The notes under the pieces were generated by a model. That model was not told the DNA's origin, did not search any database, and saw only the letters and a list, made by a program, of their open reading frames with translations. The translations under genes were made by a program, and so were the position numbers. Of a stretch of 64,000 bases of DNA, positions 51,301 through 62,144 are shown piece by piece (position 1 is the stretch's first letter; each line of letters opens with the position of its first letter). Source of the stretch: Takakia lepidozioides (taxonomy: Eukaryota > Plantae > Bryophyta); NCBI GenBank assembly GCA_030704615.1, contig CM060733.1, positions 3,038,001-3,102,000 on the forward strand, in the 5' to 3' direction.

Positions 51301-52917
51301 GACCAGTTTTCCTCACCCTGTACAGCATATGTGCCATGTGGGTATGCACGTACGCATTCTCAGTGACCCTGCAAGGCACACTCTCCAGTTCAGTACACGG
51401 AAGCACGGAATCAAACCAGAATGGAAACCGAAATGCGGCACCGCATTTCGAATGTGCTAGGGAGGGTATGAGTATCTTACGAGTTGAGGTCCGCCATGGC
51501 ATTCTTGAGGAGGGAGGAGTCTGCCGCCTTCACCTTGAGGATGACACACTCCACCATGTAATGCCAGCCAATGTGCTTGGCATGGTTTGCTTGATGTACT
51601 CCCACCAGGCGAGAAGTCGGTGATTCCCGTCCCACACAAAGAACATTTTTCCCGACATATGGCCGAAGTCGGGATCACCCTTCAGCGTCGCCTCGAATTC
51701 GTGGTTGCGAGTGTGCCAGTGGGTATCCCACGTTGACAATTCATCGGCAGTGGGTCCACGGGTTTCGCCGTCCTCATTCTCTATGGAAACGTAAAAACGC
51801 TGCCGATCCCAGACGGTACCCTTCTCGAAATGCGAACTTGAGCTTATCCACATCTCCGGGAAGGGCCTGCCTGACGATGGGAAGGGAGACCATGCGACAG
51901 AGTGGGATTCGAAGAGTCCGCTGGAATACCCTGCTGCCCAGAACTCTGCCAATGCTACTGTGTGTCTCCTCCAACATTTTATCCGCTGCACTTTTGAAAT
52001 CCTCCGGAGACATGTCTGTAGGTGCCGGTAGTGGCTGAGCAGGTGGAGCATCCTCAACTGGAGCTGCACTCTGGGGCCTGTGTGCGGGCAATTCTGCCAC
52101 TGCAGAGGCCTCCTCCGGGCCTGCTAGCTCATCGGTGGTGAGGTCTGCCTGCGAACGTTCAGCGGCAGCACCCTCCTCCGGTACCAAATCGAGATCAACG
52201 GTCGATCCCATTGCCTTCGCTGCAGCAGAGTCGGCCCCAACATCTGCAGGCGGGAAATCCTCCAGGAACTGAGCTTCAGCTCGTGGAAGCGGTTTTGCGG
52301 GAGATTGTTCGGCCGTCGCCCTGATTGCCTTCTGCTTCCTCATCCTTGCAGGTGAAGGTGTCTGCTGCAATAGAATCTGTCTTCTACCCTGCTGCTTCAT
52401 TCGCGTTGGGGGGGGTGAATCGGCCTGAGCCGGTTCAGAAGCCAGTAGAGGGACGGGCTGCTTCTTCTTCGACTTTGCTGGAGAAGGGCCCGACCCCTGC
52501 TGGCGATTCTCCATGATCGAAGAACGCGAGTCGATCTCTGAGACTTTGAACTTGCCCTTCGAAGACGCGTCTTTGAATCGCAGAGGGCTAGGCCCGGCAG
52601 GAGTACCCGCGCTCGGGGATCGGGTGGGTGTACGTGCTGCAGCTAGCTCTCGGACTCTTCCTGCGGCTCTTCGGATTCCTGCGATCCCTCCAGCACGTCC
52701 ACCTTTCCTGTTAGGCATGCAAACATGTTCTGCATTCAAGTCTCCTAGCATTCAGTCTAAGAATTACAGAAGCAAAATGGGGGGGTTCGGTGCTCGATCA
52801 GCTGCGCGCAGCCCGATCGCATGGAGCTCTCACTGGTGGCTGGGTTGCCTGAGTGGCCTGCTGCTCGGAGATGGCAATCTCCTCCTGTAGACGCATCTGC
52901 TTCCTCCCCTTCGGCAT
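48390..52917 (-). CDS. Multi-exon gene (with frameshifts): ParB/Srx-like N domain fused to a beta-class N4C/N6A DNA-methyltransferase-like C domain
   Basis: Probable ATG 52917 (MPKGRKQ). RIPLCRMV...LPGDVDKL...GY and KMFFVWDGNHRLLAW (DGNHR 51631-51617). CDMIILDIPDG (49287-49273, motif-IV position) then L..DDRGCVVV. FIQTIMETCTDVEGTVLDLICGT/G-intron-ASMWAGAV..DRHLFAYEED (motifs X, I, II). GT-AG introns inferred by eye. Confidence 0.72.
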
Positions 52918-53299
52918 TGGCCTACGTCCGAAGTATAATTTCCGGAGCTTGCGACGAGGTCTCCTGTCTGGTGCACGAACTCCCCCCCTCTCAGGTTCGA
53001 GCATAAGAAGAACAGAGAGAGGGAAAAGGGGCAAAGAGTGCAGATGGAAAGGGCGCGAGAGGGGTGACTGAGGAGACACGACAAAAGTAGATGAAACGGC
53101 GGGTGATGCAACCACTTGGGTTCGAAAGGTTGGACAAAGTGTCTCCTCGTGGAGTTTGCGTCATTACGAAATTCGAATTCGAATCGTTGAGGGTACGCCC
53201 GCCGTCCGAAAATCAAACATCATTATCCAACGGTCAGGCCGCGCCGCCTCATGCCCCTTCAGTCAGATAGAGTGCCGACATGTGCAGCAATTCCGTTGC

Positions 53300-55010
53300 T
53301 CCACGTGTTCACATTTCAAGGCATTTCCGTCCCAGCGTCTGATGAGTTGGAGCAGAGAATGCGAATGCGGCGCCGCATTTCCGTTAAGTACCATCACGAA
53401 GACTACACATCCGTACTTGTTGGAAGAAAATGCGGCACCGCATTTCCGTTCCACCTTCACATACCTTAGTTGTTGAACGGAAATACGGTGCCGCATTTCC
53501 GTCCCACAGCTCCATGTATGAGATTCAGAAGGGAAATGCGGCGCCGCATTTCCGTTCCCACTTCACATACGTTAGTTGATGAATGGAAATGCCGTGCCAC
53601 ATTTCCGTTCGGGAAAGTATAGAGGTCTCACCTGGACAGAAATGCGGTCTGGAAAGGTTGAAGGTCTCACATGGATGGAAATGCGGCAACACATTTCCGT
53701 AGCACAGCTCCAGGCCGAATATACAAAACGGAAATGCGGCGCCGCATTTCCGTTCGAGAATGTCGGAAGGTGCGACTCGAACGGAAATGCGGTGCCGCAT
53801 TTCTGTACCCGTTGCGCACGATTTTCAGTCAGAATGGAAATGCGGTACCGCATTTCCGTTCTGTAGAGTATTAACGACTGACGCTGGCGGAAATGCCTTC
53901 CCGCATTTTCGTTCCACAGCTCCATGCCTCACATACAAAACGGAAATGCGGTGCCGCATTTCCGTTTTGGAATGTCGGATGGTGGGACTCCGACGGAAAT
54001 GTGGTACCGCATTTCAATTCCGATGTTTCAGGATATTTCATCAGAACGGAAATGCGGTTTGCCGCATTTCCTTTTAAATCTAATACATTCCGTTGTGGAA
54101 TGTTGGGAGGTGCGACTCGGATGGAAATGCGCTGCCGCATTTCAGTCCGATGGTTCACGATTTTCAGTCAGAACGGAAATGCGGTTGCCGCATTTCCGTT
54201 CTGGAATGATGGTGGATGCGACTCGGATGGAAATACGTTGCCGCATTTCAGTTCCGATGGTTCACGATTTTCAGTCAGAACGGAAATGCGGGTGCCGCAT
54301 TTCCGTTCTGGAATGATGGTAGGTGCGACTCGGATGGAAATACGGGTGCCGCATTTCAGTTCAGATAGTTCACGATTTTCAGTCAGAACGGGAAATGCGG
54401 TGCCGCATTTCCGTTCTGGATAGTGTGAATGTCTCAACCGGTCGGAATTGCGCTGTATGAAGCTGTCGGAATCTTACTCGGCTCCAGGCATCAGATACAA
54501 AATGGAAAATGCGGCGCCGCATTTCCTTTATGGAATGTCGAAAAGGCGACTTTGACGGAAATGCGGCGTGCCGCATTTCTGTTCCCGTTGTTCATAATTC
54601 TCAATCAGAACGGAAATGCGGTACCGCATTTCCGTTCCACCTTCACATACCGTGCTTGTTGAATGACGGAAATGTGCTGCAACATTTCTATCCCTCAGCT
54701 CCATGCATCAGATACAAAATGGAAATGCGGCGCCGCACTCCCGTTTCTGGAATGTCGAAAAGTGCGACTCGGACGGAAATGCGGTGCCGCATTTCTGTTC
54801 CCGTTGTTCATAAATCTCAATCAGAACGGAAATGCGGTACAGCATTTCCGTTCCACCTTCACATACCGTGCTTGCTGGATGGAAATGCGTTGCCGCATTT
54901 CCGTTCTGGAGAGTATAAAGGTTTCCCCGGACGGAAACTCGGTGCCGCATTTCCGTCGCTCTGTTGCATGACCAAGATGCAATACGGAAATGCGGCGCCG
55001 TATTTCCGTC
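53300..55010. repeat. Array of ~30 22-bp palindromes GGAAATGCGGNNCCGCATTTCC, 53-bp period
   Basis: Unit starts 53426, 53479, 53532, 53585, 53638 and 53677, 53730, 53783, 53836, 53889, 53942, 53995, 54048, continuing to ~54986. Confidence 0.95.
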
Positions 55011-55433
55011 CACCAGCAATCGACAGAATCACTCGTGACGGGAAATCTGGAACCTCAATGGGTTGCATTGTTCCGAAACAACACAATTGCGGCCAGTCTT
55101 GATGAGCACAACTTGGTTGTCTGACCGTTTTAACCAGCAGTCCTGGCACTTGTCAGTGCGAACGTTCCTGTCTGCACCGAGAATACTGGATCCACCCTCA
55201 GGAGAAACTGTCAGGAGATGTTATTTCGTCGCCGAATCGGCCATCATTGTCCTACTCACTGGCTATGGAATCAAACCTCCCACCTTCATGCATGTAGCTT
55301 GAAACAATACTTTCCACTTCAATGTGCGACTTCCAATCGTCGATGGACTCCGCAGATCCACTTAGATGGTGCCTGTGAGCCTTGGTCTGTCGCTATACTG
55401 AACCTCGCACTTGCCAACTCCGTGCGGTGTTCG

Positions 55434-58400
55434 ATGGCTCCGAATTCCTACGCTATAGTTTGCTGTCCTCCGCAACTTGGGAGAGCCTGGATCCCAAACG
55501 AGGGAGGACTTTGCAGAGTGACTGAAACTTACCTTTGTTCCAAATTCAAGCTCAAACCGGGCACAGTTTATTTGGAAGAAGAAAGGAAGGATGTTCCTGG
55601 ACAGGTTGACGAGACCATTGTCGTGCTAGGTAACGACGGAGGTTGCGGAATCGAATGGCACGTTCCCCCGTCAGACACCATCCTGTACCGAGCTGTGGGA
55701 ATGCCCATTCCCTTTCCGAATCAGTCGCTGCCCACACCATCCACAAAGGAGTCCGGAAACCGAGAGGCGGCCACTGCCAACAGAGAGGTATGCAACGATA
55801 ATCATTCCCGACCTGGACCGTCAAGACCCTCCATAGCTTCTCGTGTGGACGTATTCGACATTTCCGACGAGGAAGATGATTGCATTGAGGTACCCATGTC
55901 CTCCACACGGTCGTTCAAATCCGGCATGGACGTCTCTGTAGGTGCTACGCATGTGCCCTCGAGCATAACTCCAACCCGGTCCATTGTGCAGCTCCTACGA
56001 CAACATCACCTCGATGGTTCTCGCTCCAAGCTGGCTGCTCTCGACTATGCCAAATTCCCAGTCAGAAAGGTAACTTTTCTGCCTCCCGAAGTCGATGGCA
56101 ATGTTATCTTTGAGTTTCCACCTGTTTCTTCGTCAAAGAAAGCCTCCGGGATGTTAACAGACATGGATCGAAAGCATGACGGACACCCCTGGTGTGTGAC
56201 GAAGACCAGTAGCACGAAAATTGCTGATGGTGTTCGTGTACGATATGTCCTCTGTGCGGGGAAGCTGAGGTGCCTCAATCCCACCTGCTTCCACTTTCTC
56301 TCCAAAGGAGGGCGGAGAAACGAGACGGATTGGACTGGCACAACGCATCATCCATTCATTGTCTCCAGCCAAGCTCCTGCGGGTTCTTTCAAGTGTGCAC
56401 ATTGCAAAGAACCACCGACGTGCATGTCCATGTGCAGAGCCAAGCAATATTACGTAATCCATTTGCTCCCGGACTTGACTAGAGCTTGCATACACGTTGG
56501 GGTCCACTGCCACCCCTTGGCGAGAGGCAACATGCGTGAGGCTGTGCAGGAAGCACACGACATCATAAAAGAGGAGGTCAAATTGAGCCCCGGCGCCAGA
56601 CCAAAGCAGATTCAGCTGAAGGCAGCCCACAAGATTGCTCTTGGCAAAATCATGTCTGAAGATGGTTCCGACCGAGAGCCCTTGACCGAAGACGAGATGC
56701 GTGACCTCTTGGAGTCCGTCTCGCACGTTTGTAGTCCGAATGTGCGGAATCACATCGTATCTTGCAAGCAGGAGTTCGGCAGGGGGTCGGACATGTACTC
56801 AATCCTGGAGGTGAAACGAATGACTGGATATGACTACATCCAAGGTAGCAGGTTTCCAGGGCAAGGCGGCGAATCCGATCGTTGTTACATTTTCAAAATG
56901 TCGACGTGTGGGCCTGGGAGTGGAGTCGACTTGGTCACTCGCATGACAACTGGAAACTTGTCGAATGCTTGGGTGATGTTTGATCACATCAAGCGAATTA
57001 CAAACCATCAGTGGGTGACTATGGGTGCGCATGTTTATGACTATCACTCCAAGAGGCTCATGACGATTGCAATCTGCGAGATGAAAGGGGAGGACACACA
57101 GTCCGAGATGCATCTGTGGAGGGCATAAACGAGCAGATGGCAAGGGCGGGATTGCCAGAGCCCAATTTCAGGGGATTCATGGCAGACAACGCTCAGGCCA
57201 ACTGGGCAGCGGTGCGGCGTGTGTACGGTGAGGACCCCAATGTTCCAATGGAGGGGAAAGAGAGATCCTGTGGATTCCATTGGATGCAGAGTCTATCCCA
57301 CTACACTACCAAATTTGTTGCTAGCTCATTCCAGGCTGAACACCGTGTCCTTTGTACGGCGTGGAAGGATGCACCCACATTTGATGACGCGGAGGTTAAG
57401 TTTGCTATCATCGAGGCTTGGTGGAACACGTCAGGTGCAGTGGAGACAACCAATCTGGGAGCATTGCACAGCTGGTTGGGGTGGTGGCATTTTCGGTATC
57501 GACAGTTCGGACAGTACATGCGGGAGGTAGGCTGCTGTCAATTTCGTTCATTTGTCTTTCTGTTACGGACATTTCGATTGGTCCCTCACCGTTGTTTGTG
57601 TCCTTCTAGGAGCGGTGCTTGGATTCCGACACGGACATGCCGAACACGAATATGGCAGAATCGGTCCACTCCTCCTGGCGAGCGTCTTCTGCCGCACATC
57701 TGGTGGACGTAGTGACGGCCACAACGGAGGACATCGACAGAGCAATCATGCAGCAAGCCACGTACTACAAGTTCCTGAGCGGCAAACAATGGGGCTTTGG
57801 GCCGGACAGGGAGGAATTGTTGGTACGAACAGCTTCGAGGTCCAAGAATCCAGTGAAATGGGCGACAGCATTGCGAGAGAAGATCAAAGGGACGCCTCTG
57901 CACCGCAGAGGTGAACACCTAGAGGGGGACGTCCGGACTCGCCCTGTCAGGCGGAGGATTGAAGAGGAACCCGGGTGCGAAGAGGATTCCTGGAGATCCG
58001 ACAGGAACATTCGGACAGCACCTCGAGGTCCCGTCATGTTGCCGCACAATGTGTCTTCCAGCAGTGGAAGCCCAAGAAATTCCAGATCGCCGTCGCCTTC
58101 AACCGGGGATTTCGTGCAACAAATTCCCACCGCTCCCTTGCCCCACATTCCGCCCGCTGTTATGCAGTATGGCCAAGCCATTGTGGAGACGACTGTGTCT
58201 GCCTCACAGTGGAGAATTGCTCGCACAAAGCCGTCGTTTCGAGGAAGGTGTTCCGCAATTCGTGTGGATACACGGCAACGTTGTTTAGAGATGATAAGGA
58301 GGAATCCAGATGGGGCTGTCCCTGCTCCTACTTTTACAGGAAGATTTGTCCATGCAAAGTTTGCGGAGGCGACAACCACCCAGTTCTGGTTCTGCAGGCA

Positions 58401-59039
58401 CGACATTATGACTTGCGTGTATGGAAAGCCCAAGTACGGCATACAGACAATGCCAGAGGCTCCCCCGGTGTGGCCGGTGGAACCAGGCAGCGATCTGAGT
58501 CAGGTTGAGGCCGACGCCCTTACCGCCGCAGGATTTCGGATGGTGCAGCGCACTGACGTGCCCAGACAACCATTTCCGCTTCCACAGCCTCCACCACCGA
58601 CCCCTGTGAGAGCAAGAACAATGGGACACGACAGCTCTAAGCATCCTACACACCGTTGGGGGAAACCAAAGAGGCGGCGACCTCCCTAAAAGTGAACGAG
58701 ACAAGGATGGGGAATGCACTTCGGATGAACTGTACAATCCAGAGCTCGACAGAAGTGCCCCCACCAGGATTCGGGCGTGTGTATCAGATGGCCACGGCGG
58801 GCTCAGCTGTTCGCAATGAGGTGTACACCATCACCATTTCAGAATAACCCACCTGCAATTGCACCGACTTCCAGATCATGGCGAACAAGGGGGCATCATA
58901 CTGCCCTTGCAAGCATTTGTACTACGTGTACCTAAAGAGACTCCGTTGTAATTCCACAACTCATCACTTCATACATGCACCAGGGTTGAGCCCCCAGGAG
59001 GTTCACACTCTTCTGAATATGGATCCAGGGGACCAGTGA
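55434..59039 (+). pseudogene. MULE/Mutator-like DDE transposase with GCM-like Zn domain and C-terminal SWIM finger (2 frameshifts, 1 stop, 1 intron)
   Basis: CAGKLRCLNPTC..CAHC..C.A..HVGVHCHP; D1 VMFDHIKR; D2 GFMADNAQ; CGFHW (CxxH); E in TNMAESVH; SWIM YTITISE*PTCNCTDF...CKHLYYV; intron ~57527-57609 (GTAGG..CTAG). Confidence 0.82.
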
Positions 59040-59807
59040 GCTTGGCTTGCGGTCCACATACAATGGTACGCCCATCGGATAGTAGAACTGTACTGCTGCC
59101 AGTACCTCAGACTCTGGCCACACAAAGGTCCGACATATGTCTTGCCTACCAGTAACCTGTTTTGATCAAACTAAGATATTACTATATCGTTCACTTGTTT
59201 CCACGTGCATGTATTTTTGTATGTTGGAGGGTTCATGTTTTTCTGCTTTCCGAAAACTTGCTCTCCTCATTCGACCTCCGACAAGGAAATGCGGCGCCGA
59301 ATTTCCAAGTATCGTCGTAGGTACCCCCAGAGGCGGCCTTCGCCAACACCAAACCGCTCCGAAATTTCGCACGTGCGAACCCTAATGCGGCACCCTATTT
59401 CCCAGTTCAGTTGCAAACCTTTCCCGCCGAATACCCGAAGAAGACAGAATTGTGAAGTACTGCAGACTGTATTGGTGCAGACTCCATTGGTTCAATCGCG
59501 GCAAAAGGGTCAGCTTCATTCCAATGTTAAGGCATGTAAAACCGCGGAATACTCTATACAGGCCAGTATGCGACGTCCTTTTGCAGTGGTATACTGGATT
59601 TCCCGTTGCACGGTCACTTATTTCCATGAGCGGATCTATAAAACCATGAGCGGACTTGTTACTGACGACATATCTTCGCCGCATTACATGATCTGGAACG
59701 TCCAAAAACGGCAAGGTCAAATAAAAAACTATTATTTTAATACTTGTTTAATCTGCCGCATTTCCAAATTTGGAGGAGTCCGCTCATGAAATCCGCGTAT
59801 CTTAGAC

Positions 59808-59912
59808 TTCGGCTCACCGCTCATGCGGCTCATGCGGCTCATGGCTCATGGCTCATGGTTTCTGCTCATGAAATAGTAAACCTCGCCCCAGACCTAAACC
59901 AGGTTCTGGGGC
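59808..59912. repeat. GCTCAT(G) short tandem followed by hairpin GCCCCAGA..TCTGGGGC; candidate transposon end
   Basis: Six GCTCA(T) units at 59811-59870; inverted repeat at 59885-59912. Confidence 0.55.
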
Positions 59913-60492
59913 AAAAAAACAAGGTATGAGGTCATACCACTTATGAGTAAATGGTTCACAATATGTAGGATGCTTTGATATGGCCATAAGATTACATAAT
60001 AAGTGGAACTTCATTTTCAGAGTGTTCATGTAATCTTGGGGAGTGATGTTAGCAGGATAAACAAGTTTTCCCTGCTATGAACAGTGCTTTGTTACATCTG
60101 AAAGCATACCCAAACGTGTGATACATGATTGGGTCCCTGTTTAGACATGCATTTTAATGAAGCATATATTGATGCGGATTTTTATATAATCCCACCCCCC
60201 CACCAAGAGATTTCATGAACCATGGGATATGTTGTATGTTAGCAAACTGGTTTATGAATGGAGAATGATTGATAGTGCCTCGTTATGAGGCTGATTTGTC
60301 GTAAAAATTGACAAAGACCTTGTTTGGTCTTGTCCATGTCTCGACAAGACATTTTATCTTCCCTCTCTTTCGTGCTGCTCACAAAAAAAAAAAAACCACA
60401 GAGGGAAAGAGGGGGTAGAAAAAGTTAATAAGAGAGAGGGAGACAGAGGGAGAGAGGGGGCAACAATGAAAAAAAATGGGTTGGGGGGGGGG

Positions 60493-61245
60493 AGGTCAGA
60501 TGGTGGGGTCAGCTGCAGCATATGTCCAACACCAGATATCCTAAGTTAATCGACTCTATATCTTGGAAACAAGACCGCCCACCAACCTGTCAAACAGGCT
60601 AAGTCCTGGCAGAAGACAGTAGAAGAGATTCTCAAGGACCTGGACCTGGAACTGCAAGTCTTCACCCAACTGGATAAATCTGACTTAGAGGCTCTAGTGT
60701 CCAACCATGTCTGTTGCCATGAGATTGTCTGATGAAAATGAAGTTAGGCAAAAAACTTCCCTAAACTTGTTTCCAGTCAGTGACATGGGGGAGGACATCT
60801 TGGATGACCTCAAGGGTCTACCCACTCTCGGCACTAGACTGAAATTTAAACTCGGGGCAGGAAGCCTACCTTTGATCAGTAAACAGAAGCAGAGAGGAAA
60901 GGGAGAGTGCAATTGCCCGTTGTGTGGGCAATATGAAGACAATACTCATTTTCTGATACACTGTCCGGGGTTCTCTCACCAAAGATACGCTCTCTTCAAA
61001 TATATCAAGGGAATTGTGCATGTACCTCTGTTTACTAACTTTGAAAAAGTCGAGGCTGAGCCAAAAGCCCAGCCCCTTTTGAGGCCTAGTTTTTGGGCAT
61101 CTCACACAGAGCAGATTGATGCTTGTGTGAAGGGATTTGTAGAGGATATCTGGAAAACCCGGATTAATTCTATATGTGAAGGTAAGTCTTACTACCAACG
61201 TCAGCCCCTGACAGAGGTAGGATTTGTCCCTTTCGTTTCCCCAAG
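60493..61245 (+). pseudogene. LINE RT 3' fragment (same family as 21444-22160)
   Basis: RWWGQLQHMSNTRYPK and CPLCGQYEDNTHFLIHCPGF. Confidence 0.8.
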
Positions 61246-61474
61246 AGAGGGGGCAACAAAGAAAAACAGAGAATGTGGGGGAGGGGTGACTGAGCAGCAG
61301 CAGCTGCTCAGTCCCCCCCCCCCCCCCCCCCCACCTTATTTTCTTTTCTTTGTTGCCCCCTGATTTCTCCCTCTCACTCCCTCTCTCTGTCCCTCTTTGT
61401 CCCTCTCTCCCTCTCCCTCTCTCTCCCTCTCTTCTGTGCTGCTCTCTTTTAAGCTCCCGACGAGATAATATTCA

Positions 61475-62017
61475 AGGTCAGATGGTGGGTTCAGCTGCAA
61501 CAAATGTCCAACACCAGATATCTTAAGTTAATCGACTCTATATCTTGGAAACATGACCGCCCACCGACCTGTCAAACAGGCTAAGTCCTGGTAGAAGACA
61601 GTAGAAGAGATTCTCAAGGACCTGGACCTGGAACCGCAAGTCTTCACCCTGCTGGATAAATCTGACTTAGAGGCTGTAGTGTCCAACCATGTCTGTGGGC
61701 AACCTGCAGACATTATTCATTTTCTGATACACTGTCCGGGGTTCTCTCACCAAAGAGACGCTCTCTTCAAATCTATCAAGGGATTTGTGCATGTACCTCT
61801 GTTTACTAACTTTGAAAAAGTCGAGGCTAAGCCAAAAGCCCAACCCCTTCTGAGGCCTAGCTTTTGGGCAACTCACACACAACAGATTGATGCTTGTGTG
61901 AAGGGATTTGTAGAGGATATTTGGAAAACCCGGATTAATTCTATATGTAAAGGTAAGTCTTACTACCAATGTCAGCCCCTGACAGAGGTAGGATCTGTCC
62001 CTTTTGTTTCCCCAAGA
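61475..62017 (+). pseudogene. Second, further-deleted copy of the LINE fragment
   Basis: Duplicate of 60493-61245 with an internal deletion after ccatgtctgt. Confidence 0.8.
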
Positions 62018-62144
62018 AAGGGGGCAACAAAGAAAAACAGAGAATGTGGGGGAGGGAGTGACTGAGCAACAGCAACTCCTCAGTCACCCCCCCCCCCCCC
62101 CCCCACCTTTTTTTTTTTTTCTTTGTTGCCCCCTGATGTCTCCC

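Noticed and set aside
53300-55010. CRISPR array (palindromic repeat with ~31-bp spacers)
   Set aside because: Spacers recur in a few related classes, repeats are degenerate, no cas genes are present, and neighbouring genes have spliceosomal introns.
53156-55149. Many overlapping ORFs with KCGAAFPF / EMRCRISV repeats
   Set aside because: By-product of the palindrome array on both strands; indels break the frames.
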